64,000 bases of DNA, from NCBI GenBank assembly GCA_963737065.1, contig CAVTRC010000001.1, forward strand, positions 137,898-201,897, given 5' to 3'. The position numbers and the translations under genes were made by a program. A model generated the notes under the pieces. That model had not been told where the DNA came from. It saw only the letters and a list, made by a program, of their open reading frames with translations, and ran no database searches. This document shows positions 38,659 to 48,945 of this stretch, piece after piece. How positions within the stretch are numbered: the stretch's first letter is position 1; each line of letters opens with the position of its first letter. This DNA is from Candidatus Eremiobacteria bacterium. Its GTDB lineage: Bacteria > Vulcanimicrobiota > Vulcanimicrobiia > Vulcanimicrobiales > Vulcanimicrobiaceae.

Positions 38659-39253
38659 GCGGGCGCAATCCTTCCAATTCGTCCTCAAACCATTGGGGAT
38701 ACGAGAACGTCACCGCAACGTCGAAGCCGTCCGCCGCGTCGATCATGGCCTTGCGGCGAACGCCGCTGTTTTCGGCTCCGGGATGGGCGCGTTTTATTCT
38801 CGTTTTTTGCGTCCCCAAACATTCGATGAAACGGGCGAACGTCGCATCCATCGCCGCCTGAAGGCGCGACTTCAGTCGCTTGCCGACGCGCGGCGCAAGC
38901 CCCGTCGTCGAGATTGCGACACGCACCGGCCCCGCTTTTGCGATGGCCGCCATCGCGACGAATCCGTGCTGCGGCTGATCGATGCAGCACAACAAGAACC
39001 GGTGCCGGTCGGCGAGCTTGCGCAACCGAGCGGACAGCTCTTCATTCTGCGGGGTGGAGATCACAAAAAATGCGTCCACTACATCGTCATCGCGCAACGC
39101 ATCCGGCTTGGTGATCCAGCGGACGACCGCACCCGATTCGCGCAGCGACGTTTCTTTTTCGATCGCTTCGCGGTCGTCGCGCTCGCCGATCACGACGCAA
39201 CGACGCCCCACGAGATTGAGGCTCACCGGAAAGAAAACGCCTTGGTCCAGCAT
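38642..39253 (-). CDS. siroheme-synthase N-terminal-domain-like protein (precorrin-2 dehydrogenase/ferrochelatase family), NAD motif apparently degenerate
   Basis: FFPVSLNLVGRRCVVIGERDDREAIEK...AISTTGLAPRVGKRLKSRL resembles SirC/Met8/CysG-N. Start at the internal Met of ORF 38642-39565. Confidence 0.5.
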   Translation of the reverse strand: MLDQGVFFPVSLNLVGRRCVVIGERDDREAIEKETSLRESGAVVRWITKPDALRDDDVVDAFFVISTPQNEELSARLRKLADRHRFLLCCIDQPQHGFVAMAAIAKAGPVRVAISTTGLAPRVGKRLKSRLQAAMDATFARFIECLGTQKTRIKRAHPGAENSGVRRKAMIDAADGFDVAVTFSYPQWFEDELEGLRPRVARG

Positions 39254-39255
39254 AT

Positions 39256-40113
39256 TCAAAAATCCACCGGGCGGAGGTAGAACTCGTTGATGGCGGTGTT
39301 CGTGAGCATGGCGGTCGTCGGTAGATGGCGTTTCCAATGCGTGGAGTCCACGCGCCGACGAACGATGGCGACGTCGCGCTCCTCGAAGCCGCGTTCGACG
39401 AGTTGCGCGTCGCTGTAGCCGAGAAGCATCTGCGCGAGAATCGCATCCGCTTGCGCGTACGTGATGCCGAGATCGCCCTCGTCGGTTTGATTCGCTTCCA
39501 GATCCGCACTCGGCGCTTTTTCGATCAGCGATTCTGGAACACCGAGGTAACGCGCCAGATCCCATACCTGCGTTTTAAAAAGATCGCCGAGCGGATTCAC
39601 CGGCGGCGTGTCGTCGGCATGCCAGGTGAAATACCCTAAGAGCCGTTCGGTTTTATTGCCGGTTCCGATCGGGAGTGCGTCGAGCTTCGCCGACTGATCG
39701 AAGAGGACGAGCATACGCGTGCGGGCCATGACGTTTCCGCGCCGCCGCGCGTCAGCGTCCGGCTCAAATTGCAAATATCCATCGACCGCTCCGGTAATTT
39801 CGATTGTCCGGCAATGAATGCCGAGCGCATCGACGACGAGCTGCGCGTCGGAAAGGCTCGCGGAACTCGACGTACGGTACGGCATCCGAAACGCGTGCAC
39901 GTTATCCGGCCCGAGCGCGCGCGCGCAGAGAAACGCCGTGACGGCCGAATCGATTCCGCCGGAGAGACCGACGACCGCACCATGGATCTTGCGACGCGCG
40001 ATCAATTCGTCGTGCAGAAACGCAACAAGCCAACGCGTTGCCAGTTCGCCGTTGATCCGCGGACCGTCCAGAACGCCGTCCAATGTCGCGCGCACTTGTA
40101 CGAGCGGCTTCAT
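39256..40113 (-). CDS. nadE: NAD+ synthetase, synthetase (N-type ATP-PPase) subunit
   Basis: VVGLSGGIDSAV (the SGGxDS PP-loop). ATGA overlap with the upstream CN-hydrolase gene. Confidence 0.9.
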   Translation of the reverse strand: MKPLVQVRATLDGVLDGPRINGELATRWLVAFLHDELIARRKIHGAVVGLSGGIDSAVTAFLCARALGPDNVHAFRMPYRTSSSASLSDAQLVVDALGIHCRTIEITGAVDGYLQFEPDADARRRGNVMARTRMLVLFDQSAKLDALPIGTGNKTERLLGYFTWHADDTPPVNPLGDLFKTQVWDLARYLGVPESLIEKAPSADLEANQTDEGDLGITYAQADAILAQMLLGYSDAQLVERGFEERDVAIVRRRVDSTHWKRHLPTTAMLTNTAINEFYLRPVDF

Positions 40114-41030
40114 GCGCGTCCTTTCGGCAGCGGTAGCTCTTCATCGAGAATCAAATCGGGGAGCACCGCACTCAGATCGCCGAGCAGCGGAAGGCTCGCG
40201 CGCGCGAGGTCACCTTCACGCGGATCGATGAAACCGCGCACGACACATTCGCCGATGGCCGGAGCCTCGACTTGCATGCGTCCCCACGGATCGATCACCG
40301 ACGACGATCCCGTCATTCCTTTGCCGCCTTCGAAACCCGTTAGGCCGGCGTAGAGCACGTAGACGCCGTGTTCTGCCGCAATCGCGCGCAGCAGTTCGCG
40401 CCAGCGCGTAATCGACGTCAGCTCTCGGTCGCCGTCGATTCCGCGTCCGGGTGACGCCGACGGAACGATCAGGATGCGGGCGCCCTTCACCGCGGCGATC
40501 GTCGGCATGATGGCGTGCCACGAATCTTCGCAGATCAACATCGCGGCGCGGCCAAGGGACGTTTCGAACACCGAGAGCCGGCGGCCGCGCGAGAGAAAAC
40601 GCTCCTCGTCGAAAACACCGTACGTCGGCAAAAACATCTTTCGGTGCACGTGCACGATCTCGTGCGTGTTGGCGCGCACGCGGATATAGAGCGAGCTATT
40701 GTAGTACGTCCCGCCGTCGTTTTCGTAGAACCCGCAGCAGAGCTCGACCGGCGTATCGCCCGCGCCGTCGTGCCACGCGCGCGCCAAGTCGGCGGCGAAG
40801 CGCGACGCGGGAAGTGCCAGATCGTACACCGCTCCTTCCAAGAAGTATCCGGTCGTCGCGGCTTCGGGAAGGACGACGATATCAGGTGAATCGCCGTTGC
40901 TCAGCAGCTCCGCGAACGTCTGGGCAATGTTCGCGAGATTTTCCGTGTAACGGCCTTTCACCGGCTGCACTTGTACGATGGCGACGTCGCCCGTACGCGG
41001 CGTGCCCCCGACGTTAACCGGCGGTTCCAC
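40110..41030 (-). CDS. carbon-nitrogen hydrolase (nitrilase-superfamily) protein, probable glutaminase partner of NadE
   Basis: VVLPEAATTGY (Glu), KMFLP (Lys) and MLICEDSWH (Cys) form the E-K-C triad pattern. Confidence 0.8.
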   Translation of the reverse strand: MEPPVNVGGTPRTGDVAIVQVQPVKGRYTENLANIAQTFAELLSNGDSPDIVVLPEAATTGYFLEGAVYDLALPASRFAADLARAWHDGAGDTPVELCCGFYENDGGTYYNSSLYIRVRANTHEIVHVHRKMFLPTYGVFDEERFLSRGRRLSVFETSLGRAAMLICEDSWHAIMPTIAAVKGARILIVPSASPGRGIDGDRELTSITRWRELLRAIAAEHGVYVLYAGLTGFEGGKGMTGSSSVIDPWGRMQVEAPAIGECVVRGFIDPREGDLARASLPLLGDLSAVLPDLILDEELPLPKGRA

Positions 41031-42450
41031 TCGTTGCGACCTCGATCATCTGGTCGTCGGGACCCTTGAGGCCGAGTTGCGCCGCGCACTCTTCCGCCGG
41101 ATACGTCCAAATTTCCGCGAGCGTGGGATGCAGATGCGGAATGCGCATGAACTGCTCGACCGTCGCGTCATAGTTCATTGCCACGATCACTTCATGAATG
41201 AGCTCCGAGGCTTGCGGACCGATGACTGCCGCGCCGAGAATTTCCCCGGTAAACGGTTCGGCCATCATCTTCACGAAGCCGTCGGTTTTGTTCAAGCACA
41301 TGGCTTTGCCGTGTTCGGCGAAATCGTAGCGTCCGCGTACGTATGGAGTACACGCGCGCGTCAAAGACTTCTCGGTTTCGCCGACGACGGCAACTTGCGG
41401 GTCGCTGAAGATCGTATGCGCCGTAACGATCCGGTAGTCGGCTTCTTCGTTGGTTCCCTCGACGGCGTTACGCGCCGCAATCTCGCCTTGATAGATCGCG
41501 ACGTGGACGAGCGCATAGTCACCGGTTACATCGCCGATCGCAAAGATATCCGGATTGCTCGTGCGCAACGCGAGATCGACGTCGATTCCCGAAACGGGAT
41601 GAAAGTTCACGCCGGCAATATCAAGTCCCAGACCTTGAACGTTCGGTACGCGCCCCAGTGCGTAGAAAATCTCTTCTGCGGCAAACGTTCGTTCTTCGCC
41701 GTCGACGCTCGCGACGACCACCTTCACGCCGTCATGGACTTCAACGCGATGCAGCACGGCATGCGTGACGACGTCGATCCCGTCGCGCCGGAAGCATCTC
41801 ACGAGTTCTTCGCCGATGTCATCATCGGTTTCGGTTAGTAGGTGTCCGCTGCGGATGATCATCGTGATCTTCGCGCCGACACGCGACAGAAACTGGCCGA
41901 GTTCACACGCGGTATATCCGCCGCCGAGCACGACGATCGACTTCGGGATACGTTCGAGTTCGAGCACGGAATCGCTATCGAGGTAGCCGGCCTCGGCAAG
42001 TCCCGGAAGCACCGGCGGAGCAATCGAACTTCCGGTCGCGATGATAAACTTGGGGGCACGAAGCCGCGTGCCGTCACCGACCTGCACTTCGTGCGGCGAT
42101 AGGAATTTCGCGCGCCCGATGTACGTCGGAAAACCCTTGATGCCGTCGATGCGGTAATCGGCGAAATCCTTCACCAAGGCGCGCTTGCGTTGGACGATGT
42201 ACGGCATGTCGGCCGTAACTGTACCGCCGATACGAATGCCGAGCGCATCGGCATGCTGCGCATCGTGCATCGCATCGCTCGACGCGAGGAACGCTTTGCT
42301 CGGCATGCATCCGCGCAGAATACAAAGGCCGCCGAGCGGCCCTTGGTCGACGAACGCAACCGCGGCGCCGCAATCGCGCGCGGTTCGCGCAGCCGCATAG
42401 CCGCCCGATCCGGCTCCGACGACGACGAGATCGTAATCCTGAATCTCCAT
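41014..42450 (-). CDS. class-I pyridine-nucleotide-disulfide oxidoreductase (dihydrolipoyl dehydrogenase / MerA-like)
   Basis: YDLVVVGAGSGGYAAA and GGLCILRGCMPSK (the redox CxxxxC), then a second Rossmann fold VVLGGGYTACE, then a C-terminal HPTLAE dimerisation motif. Confidence 0.85.
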   Translation of the reverse strand: MEIQDYDLVVVGAGSGGYAAARTARDCGAAVAFVDQGPLGGLCILRGCMPSKAFLASSDAMHDAQHADALGIRIGGTVTADMPYIVQRKRALVKDFADYRIDGIKGFPTYIGRAKFLSPHEVQVGDGTRLRAPKFIIATGSSIAPPVLPGLAEAGYLDSDSVLELERIPKSIVVLGGGYTACELGQFLSRVGAKITMIIRSGHLLTETDDDIGEELVRCFRRDGIDVVTHAVLHRVEVHDGVKVVVASVDGEERTFAAEEIFYALGRVPNVQGLGLDIAGVNFHPVSGIDVDLALRTSNPDIFAIGDVTGDYALVHVAIYQGEIAARNAVEGTNEEADYRIVTAHTIFSDPQVAVVGETEKSLTRACTPYVRGRYDFAEHGKAMCLNKTDGFVKMMAEPFTGEILGAAVIGPQASELIHEVIVAMNYDATVEQFMRIPHLHPTLAEIWTYPAEECAAQLGLKGPDDQMIEVATSGTAG

Positions 42451-42490
42451 CCGACCCTCGTAACGCCGCAATCCGGCGAAAGGTTGAGCG

Positions 42491-43438
42491 CTAACGTCCG
42501 CTCGGACGCGCGCCGAGCCGATGCACCGACTCGATCATGCGCACCGTGCCGCGGGCGTGCACGAGGATCGAATGCGTGCGCGCGTGATTTCCGAAGAAAC
42601 GCACGCCCTGCATCAAGTCGCCGTCGGTGATCCCTGTTGCGCAAAAGATCACATCGTCACTTTTAACGAGATCGTCGATCTCGAGAACGCGGTCGATCTC
42701 GCCGAACCCCATAGCAATCGCACGCTCTGCCTCTTCGCGGTTGCGCGGCTGCAGCCGCCCCATGAAGTTGCCGCCGAGACATTTGATCGCCGCGGCCGCC
42801 AGCACACCTTCGGGCGCTCCGCCGGTGCCCATCGCGACGTGAATACCGGTCGTTTCGATCGCCGTCGCAATGCAAGCGTCCACGTCTCCGTCCGAGATCA
42901 GCTTGATGCGCGCGCCCGATTCGCGTACTTCACGAATCAACTCGGCGTGGCGCGGACGGTCGAGGATTACCGCGCAGATATCGTTGCGCGGTTTTTCGAG
43001 CGCATTCGCAACCGCTTCGATATTCTCACGAACCGGCGCATCGATGTGGACGTATGGTGCGGCCTTCGGGCCGACCGCGAGTTTCTTCATATATGAGTCC
43101 GGCGCATGGAGCAGGCCGCCGCGTTCCGCGATCGCCATCACGGCGATCGAGTTCGGCAACCCGTTCGCAACCAGATTCGTACCTTCAACCGGGTCGACTG
43201 CGATGTCGACCGGAGCGCCGCCGCGGCCCACTTCCTCGCCGATATAGAGCATCGGGGCCTCGTCGCGCTCGCCTTCGCCGATGACGATACGGCCGGCGAT
43301 ATCCATTTTGCCGAGCGATTCGCGCATCTTCTCCACGGCAGCCCCGTCGGCGGCGTCCCGTTCACCGCGACCAATCCATCGGGACGCGGCAAGGGCGGCG
43401 CTCTCGGTGACCTTCACGAAGTCGAGCGAATTTACCAT
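42491..43438 (-). CDS. glpX: class II fructose-1,6-bisphosphatase
   Basis: [17 protein letters not shown]...[10 protein letters not shown]...[15 protein letters not shown]. Confidence 0.9.
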   Translation of the reverse strand: MVNSLDFVKVTESAALAASRWIGRGERDAADGAAVEKMRESLGKMDIAGRIVIGEGERDEAPMLYIGEEVGRGGAPVDIAVDPVEGTNLVANGLPNSIAVMAIAERGGLLHAPDSYMKKLAVGPKAAPYVHIDAPVRENIEAVANALEKPRNDICAVILDRPRHAELIREVRESGARIKLISDGDVDACIATAIETTGIHVAMGTGGAPEGVLAAAAIKCLGGNFMGRLQPRNREEAERAIAMGFGEIDRVLEIDDLVKSDDVIFCATGITDGDLMQGVRFFGNHARTHSILVHARGTVRMIESVHRLGARPSGR

Positions 43439-43493
43439 AGCTCCTCGTTTGCATGCTCATCGGCGCAGGCGGTGAACGGGCCGCGTTCGAGCC

Positions 43494-45110
43494 GTGCTTT
43501 CGTCCGCCCTTGCATTGCCTCGGCGCGCCGGTGCGTCACTGCGCCGTAGGTGCGCTGCGCGCTCCTCAGGAAAATGGTGGGCCGTGTCGGCCCGTATTCA
43601 CGCATCGCGCGCACCGGTTCACCTCGAAATCATTGCGGAATTGACGAGCGGCGGAACGCTTCCGCTCGCCGTCGTGGCCGCCGCCGGAATCACGCTTGGA
43701 TTTTTCGCGTGGCTGATGGTCGTGGTGCCCCGCCACGACGCGCTTCTCTCGAATCTGGCGCTGGCCGGCTCCGTCGTCGTTGCAGCCGGCGTCGTCCTCC
43801 TCGCGTGGAACGGGTATGCGAAGTACTTCGCGCGGCGAACCGGGATCACGTTCGCGCGCGCGCTGCAGTACGATGCGATCGCGTGGGCACCGTTTATCCT
43901 GTTGTGGCTCACATTCGCGCTCTCGGTGACCTTCACGCGCGATGGTTCGACGGTGCTTGGGATCTCGCTCGGGCTCTTCGCAATAGCGAAAGTGCTGATC
44001 GCAGCGCGGTTCAATCAAACCGTGCGCGAGGTGCTGATTGACTTTGTCGCGACACGAGCCGCCGTGATCGTCATCGCGGAACTTGCGGCCGTCATTATCG
44101 GACAGCGCGCGGGCACGCACGTGCAAGAGTCTTCGAACCTCTTGCTCAACGTGTGGGGTCGCTGGGACGCCGTACATTATCTCGATATCGCGACGCAAGG
44201 CTACCAGGGAACCGACATGGCGTTCTTCCCGCTCTTTCCACTAATGATCCGCGTGCTCGGCAACTTGATGGGAAACCATCTCGTCGCCGGTATCCTGATC
44301 GCGAACGCCTCGTTCTTCTTCGCGCTGCTCTACCTCTATAAGCTGCTCGAGCACGAATTCGACCGGTCGGTGGCGCGACGTGCGATCTTCTACGTCTCCA
44401 TTTTTCCGACCGCGCTCTTCTTCTCGGCCGTGTACACCGAGTCGCTGTTCTTCATGCTGACCGTCGCGTCGTTCTATTACATGCGCATGCATCGGTGGTG
44501 GCTGGCGGCGGTCATCGGACTGTTCGCATCGACGTCGCGGGTCGAAGGCATCCTGCTCGTCGTGCCGTTCGTGATGGAGTGGTATGCGCAGCATCGCGAC
44601 AATATTCGCGACCGCCGCGCGCTCATCGACCTGTGCGCCGCCGCGCTGATTCCGGTCGGGCTCGCGTTCTACATGGCCTACCTCTGGGTGTTGCGCGCGG
44701 ATCCGCTCTACTTCTCGCACGTGCAGATTCATTGGAATCGTCACTTCGCGCCGCCGTGGGTTAGCGTAATCAATGCCTTCTCGAAGATCGGCCACGCGAC
44801 GCAAGCGCAAACGATCGCGAATCAGTCGCTCGAGATCGTGTTCACCGCACTCATGATCGCCGTGCTGCTCGGCGGATGGAAACAACTGCGGCCCTCCTAT
44901 ATCGCCTACATGGCGCTTTCGGTTCTGATTCCGATGTCCACATCGAGCTTGATGAGCATGCCGCGCTTCGCGCTCGTCCTCTTTCCGATGTTCGCGATCC
45001 TCGCGCGCTGGGGTGAACGTCCGGCAGTGAATAACTTGATCGTCGCGCTCTCGCTCCCGCTCCTAGGTCTCTTCACCGTTCTCTACGCAGATTGGTATTG
45101 GGTTGCATAA
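43494..45110 (+). CDS. polytopic membrane glycosyltransferase-like protein (PIG-V/GT-C-like mannosyltransferase family); start uncertain
   Basis: WGRWDAVHYLDIATQGYQ...AFFPLFPLMIR is typical of PIG-V-like bacterial proteins. More than 10 predicted TM helices. Confidence 0.55.
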   Translation: MLSSALALPRRAGASLRRRCAARSSGKWWAVSARIHASRAPVHLEIIAELTSGGTLPLAVVAAAGITLGFFAWLMVVVPRHDALLSNLALAGSVVVAAGVVLLAWNGYAKYFARRTGITFARALQYDAIAWAPFILLWLTFALSVTFTRDGSTVLGISLGLFAIAKVLIAARFNQTVREVLIDFVATRAAVIVIAELAAVIIGQRAGTHVQESSNLLLNVWGRWDAVHYLDIATQGYQGTDMAFFPLFPLMIRVLGNLMGNHLVAGILIANASFFFALLYLYKLLEHEFDRSVARRAIFYVSIFPTALFFSAVYTESLFFMLTVASFYYMRMHRWWLAAVIGLFASTSRVEGILLVVPFVMEWYAQHRDNIRDRRALIDLCAAALIPVGLAFYMAYLWVLRADPLYFSHVQIHWNRHFAPPWVSVINAFSKIGHATQAQTIANQSLEIVFTALMIAVLLGGWKQLRPSYIAYMALSVLIPMSTSSLMSMPRFALVLFPMFAILARWGERPAVNNLIVALSLPLLGLFTVLYADWYWVA

Positions 45111-45534
45111 CAATCTCTCGTCGATCGCGGGACGCCGCGGCGTCCGTCAATTCGTAAAGTTCGGCATCGTCGGCGCGTCTGGTTTCCTCGTCAACTTCAT
45201 CGTCTTCACGCTGCTGCAAAAAGTCGATCCGCAGCACGATGAAGCCTTGCACTATTACGTGCTCTATTCCATCGCATTTCTCTCCGGCGGCGTCTCCAAT
45301 TACTGGTTCAACCGCATCTGGACGTTTCGTTCGACCGGACACGCGGTGCACGAAGGCGCAAAATTTCTCACCGTGTCCATCATCGCAATGGTCGTCGGCT
45401 GGGTCGCATCGGCCGCCGTCGCGCCGTGGTATGGGCACGGGCATCGCACGTGGTTCGTCGGTACGCTCGCCGGTATTTTCGTGAATTTCTTCGTCAACAA
45501 ATACTGGACGTTTAAAAATGGCGCTCCGGCCTAG
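45103..45534 (+). CDS. GtrA-family membrane protein
   Basis: QFVKFGIVGASGFLVNFIVF...GGVSNYWFNRIWTFRS...FFVNKYWTFK. Confidence 0.85.
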   Translation: MHNNLSSIAGRRGVRQFVKFGIVGASGFLVNFIVFTLLQKVDPQHDEALHYYVLYSIAFLSGGVSNYWFNRIWTFRSTGHAVHEGAKFLTVSIIAMVVGWVASAAVAPWYGHGHRTWFVGTLAGIFVNFFVNKYWTFKNGAPA

Positions 45535-45537
45535 CTC

Positions 45538-45564
45538 GGAGCCTGTCCTAAGCTTGTCGAACGA
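45538..45564. repeat. copy (b) of the short dispersed repeat, intergenic
   Basis: GGAGCCTGTCCTAAGCTTGTCGAACGA lies 4 nt after the GtrA stop. The minus-strand translation gives the tell-tale SFDKLRTGS. Confidence 0.65.
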
Positions 45565-45579
45565 CGCCGGCCGCCTGCG

Positions 45580-47343
45580 GTGGGGCCCCCGAGTAATGGG
45601 GCGCTCGACGTGCCGGTAAGCGAAGACTCCCCTAGGGCGCCCCAAATAAACATCACGTCTTCAAGCAACGTTCATCGGGACTTCGTCGCGCTCTTGTTCG
45701 ACAAGTATTTTTTATGGATACTTGGCGCGGTCGTGCTGCTTGCGGCGGTGTTGCGGTATAAGGGAATCCATAGCCCGATTCTCGATCACCCGGGATGGCG
45801 GCAAGGTGATACGGCCAGTATCGCGCGCAACTTTGCGGTCCTGCAGTACAACATTTTATTTCCGCAGACGAACTACAACGGACCGCCGCCAAACTACGTC
45901 GAGCTCGAACTGCAGATCGTGCCGTTTCTCGCGGCGACGCTGTACAAAATGTTCGGCGTTCACGAGATCTTCGGACGGCTGATTTCCGTAGCGTTTTCGC
46001 TCGGAACGGTCGCGGTCACCGGCCTTTTCGCCCGTTGGCTCTTTACGAGCAGCGTTGCCGGAATTATCGCGGCATTCTTTTACGCGATCTTTCCGGGAAG
46101 TCTCTACTACGGGCGGACGTTCACGCCGGATACGACGATGGTCTTCTTCTTGACGGCCGCACTCTACGTAACGACGCGCCTTATTATCGAAGACGAAATC
46201 TTCTCGCAGCGTTCGCTCGCGCGGGCAACAGCGCTTCTGACCTTCGCATACCTCGCCAAGCCCGTCGCGGTCGCCGGAATCGTGCCGGTGATTGCGGCGT
46301 TGTGGGAACGCGTGCGCAGCGGGCGCACGATGCGGCCGACCGCGATTGCCGTCATGCTCGTCGTACCGCTCGTGATTCTGTATCTTTACGATGTGCGCGT
46401 CGGCGAACACGCGGAGTGGCATTGGGCTAGCGGCATTACGAAGCTGCACGTCCTGCCGTCGCTCATCGCGGCGGTTACTCATCCGCGCGCATTCGTTGAG
46501 AAGGCGGAAACGTTCTGGCAGGTGCTCGGGATGCTGCGCGATACGATGCTCGGAACGATCGGCTTCTGCGTAGCGATTGCTTCGTTCATTGCGCTTCCGT
46601 GGCTCGCCGCGCGCAGTCGCGCGATGGTATGGGGCTGGCTCGCCGGCGGCCTCGCCTACACGTACGTCGTCGTGACGGTGGAGCGCGTCGACTACTACCT
46701 CTATCTGTTCCTGCCGCTTTGCGCGCTCGTTATCGGCGGCGCGCTCGCCGCGTTCTTTGAACGCATGCTTCGCACCGATGCCGCGCCCGCAACGCGGTAC
46801 GCCATCGCATCGCTCGTCCCGATCGTCGCCATCGCGTCCGCCGTCAACGGTCATGCTGCGATCCGCGGCTACTACGCATATAACAAACAAACGTATCGTA
46901 ATGCCGTTGCGCTCGACCGGACGCTGCCGAAAAACGCGATCGTCGTCATCGGCCACTACGGTCCGGACGTGCAGTACTACATCAATCGCTATGGCTGGGA
47001 AGAAGACCCGTACCTTTGGACGCCGTTCGACGAACAGAGCGCAATCCGAAAAGGCGCGCGCTACTTCATCTCGATCGAAGACAACCGATTCCGCCGAAAC
47101 CTAGAACTCTGCGCGTGGATGTCGCGCTTTCCGGTGCGCGATGCGAACGCGACGGGTTCCCGCGTTGCGCGGGAACCCATCTGGCCGGTTTATGAGACCG
47201 ACCCGGCGCGCGTGCGTCCCGGCACGCAAGCGTTTTGGCGCGCGTTCCGCAGCGCGGAACGAGCGGGCAGCGGACGCGCGTTCTTAGACGTTCGCGGCGT
47301 ATGCATGCTCCGCCCGAATAGTGTCCGTCGCATTCGGACGTAA
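45580..47343 (+). CDS. GT39/ArnT-like (PMT_2) membrane glycosyltransferase; start uncertain
   Basis: [14 protein letters not shown]...[22 protein letters not shown] and multiple TM helices are typical of ArnT-like GT-C enzymes. Confidence 0.75.
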   Translation: MGPPSNGALDVPVSEDSPRAPQINITSSSNVHRDFVALLFDKYFLWILGAVVLLAAVLRYKGIHSPILDHPGWRQGDTASIARNFAVLQYNILFPQTNYNGPPPNYVELELQIVPFLAATLYKMFGVHEIFGRLISVAFSLGTVAVTGLFARWLFTSSVAGIIAAFFYAIFPGSLYYGRTFTPDTTMVFFLTAALYVTTRLIIEDEIFSQRSLARATALLTFAYLAKPVAVAGIVPVIAALWERVRSGRTMRPTAIAVMLVVPLVILYLYDVRVGEHAEWHWASGITKLHVLPSLIAAVTHPRAFVEKAETFWQVLGMLRDTMLGTIGFCVAIASFIALPWLAARSRAMVWGWLAGGLAYTYVVVTVERVDYYLYLFLPLCALVIGGALAAFFERMLRTDAAPATRYAIASLVPIVAIASAVNGHAAIRGYYAYNKQTYRNAVALDRTLPKNAIVVIGHYGPDVQYYINRYGWEEDPYLWTPFDEQSAIRKGARYFISIEDNRFRRNLELCAWMSRFPVRDANATGSRVAREPIWPVYETDPARVRPGTQAFWRAFRSAERAGSGRAFLDVRGVCMLRPNSVRRIRT

Positions 47344-48498
47344 GAAGGTCTTCACCATTGCGTCGCGATGGCGCGCCATTTCCTTGTAATAGCGCGGCGC
47401 ATCATCGAGCGAGCCGCGATGGGTGATGATGAACGACGGGTCAATTTCGCCTCGCGAGATACGTTCGAGCAACGGCTGCATGTAGCGCTGCACGTGCGTC
47501 TGCCCCGTGCGTAGCTGCAGCCCTTTGCCGAACACGGTGCCCATCGGCATCATATCGATGAAGCCCGTATAGACGCCCGGAATCGACACCGTTCCTCCCT
47601 TCGCACATGCGGTAATCGCTTCGCGAAGGACGTGGGGACGGTCCAATTCCAGCCGCAGTTCCTGCTTCATTTTGTCGAGCATGGCGTCGGGAGTGACCGC
47701 GTGTGCTTCCATACCGACGCAATCGATGCACGCGTCGGGTCCTCGTCCACCGGTATACTGATAGAGCGCTTCGAGCACGTTGTTCTCATCGTGATTGATG
47801 ACGTCTGCGCCGGCTTCGCGCGCGAGATCGAGGCGCTCGTTGAACCGGTCGATCGCAATCACGCGCGCCGCGCCGAGCAAGAACGCGCTGCGAATCGCAA
47901 ACTGGCCGACGGGTCCGCAGCCCCACACGGCGACGACATCGCCCGGCTTGATGTCGGCGTTCTCCGCCGCCATATAGCCCGTCGGCAAGATATCGGACAA
48001 ATACAACACTTGCTCGTCGCGCAACTCATCAGGGACCTTGAGCGGCCCCGAATCGGCAAACGGCACACGCACGTACTCTGCTTGGCCGCCGGAGTAACCG
48101 CCGAAGAGATGCGAATATCCATACAGGCCGGCCGGCGAATAGCCGTACAGCTTTTCGACGACCGCGGCGTTTGGATTGGAGTTGTCGCAAAGCGAGTATA
48201 GCGCTCGACGGCACGGCTCGCACCCGCCGCACGAAATCGTAAACGGAACCACGACCCGGTCGCCGGGCCTAAGCGTCCGCACTTCCGGGCCGACTTCTTC
48301 GATCACGCCCATGAATTCGTGGCCGAGGATATCGCCCGGCTTCATCATGAGGACGAGCCCGTTGTACAGGTGCAGATCCGAACCGCAAATCGCCGTCGAC
48401 GTCACGCGGACGATCGCATCATGCGGATTGATAATTGCCGGATCTTCAACGTTCTCGACGCGCACGTCGTGCGTTCCGTGCCAAACAACCGCCTTCAT
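47284..48498 (-). CDS. zinc-dependent alcohol/formaldehyde dehydrogenase family protein
   Basis: MKAVVWHG...ICGSDLHLY...GHEFMG...CGGCEPCRR...VWGCGPVG. Confidence 0.9.
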   Translation of the reverse strand: MKAVVWHGTHDVRVENVEDPAIINPHDAIVRVTSTAICGSDLHLYNGLVLMMKPGDILGHEFMGVIEEVGPEVRTLRPGDRVVVPFTISCGGCEPCRRALYSLCDNSNPNAAVVEKLYGYSPAGLYGYSHLFGGYSGGQAEYVRVPFADSGPLKVPDELRDEQVLYLSDILPTGYMAAENADIKPGDVVAVWGCGPVGQFAIRSAFLLGAARVIAIDRFNERLDLAREAGADVINHDENNVLEALYQYTGGRGPDACIDCVGMEAHAVTPDAMLDKMKQELRLELDRPHVLREAITACAKGGTVSIPGVYTGFIDMMPMGTVFGKGLQLRTGQTHVQRYMQPLLERISRGEIDPSFIITHRGSLDDAPRYYKEMARHRDAMVKTFLRPNATDTIRAEHAYAANV

Positions 48499-48914
48499 TG
48501 GCGCGCTCCCGTTGCGATCTCACCGGTTTCGAGCAGCATCTTCATGCGGCGCACGATTTCTTTCACATGGTACTTCTCGCCGTGCATCGCCGCGTGCAAC
48601 TCCGTACCGCGGCGTTCCGGCGCGGCGATCAGTGCAAGCCGTCCGCTTTCCTCCGGATGCGGCCCACAACTCCACTCGATCAGGCGATTGTCCGCGAGAT
48701 CTCGGACAATCATGAGTTGGTCGCAGCCAACGGATGTTTGAATGATATCGTCGGTCAAGCGATCGATCGCCGTTTCACGATCGAGCGAGACCGTCATCGT
48801 CTGCGCCGTCATTTGGCGTTTTCCGCTCGTGTACGAGCGGATGATTCGCGCTGCTACGGCTGCGGCAAGTACACCGCCTGCCGCAATAGCTACATTTCGA
48901 TACGAAGACTTCAT
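48495..48914 (-). CDS. hypothetical protein with N-terminal TM segment
   Basis: Start at the internal ATG ([22 protein letters not shown]) of ORF 48495-49355. The upstream part of that ORF is an Arg-rich shadow of the divergent gene. Confidence 0.5.
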   Translation of the reverse strand: MKSSYRNVAIAAGGVLAAAVAARIIRSYTSGKRQMTAQTMTVSLDRETAIDRLTDDIIQTSVGCDQLMIVRDLADNRLIEWSCGPHPEESGRLALIAAPERRGTELHAAMHGEKYHVKEIVRRMKMLLETGEIATGARQ

Positions 48915-48945
48915 GCGCACGCTTTTCCCCGGGTAAAACTCGCCC

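Noticed and set aside
45856-46956. 366-aa minus-strand ORF inside the GT39 gene
   Set aside because: Its Arg/Asp/Glu-rich antisense translation opposes a clearly polytopic membrane protein on the other strand. The same reasoning applies to 31010-32164 (antisense to leuC), 63010-63957 (antisense to ispG), 5859-6716 (antisense to the protease) and 43566-44198 / 44241-44885.
47284-47343. 60-nt convergent overlap between the GT39 gene and the alcohol dehydrogenase gene
   Set aside because: Both 3' ends are plausible as read, and there is no evidence for a frame error. It is probably a genuine overlap or a slightly extended non-conserved tail, not a feature in itself.
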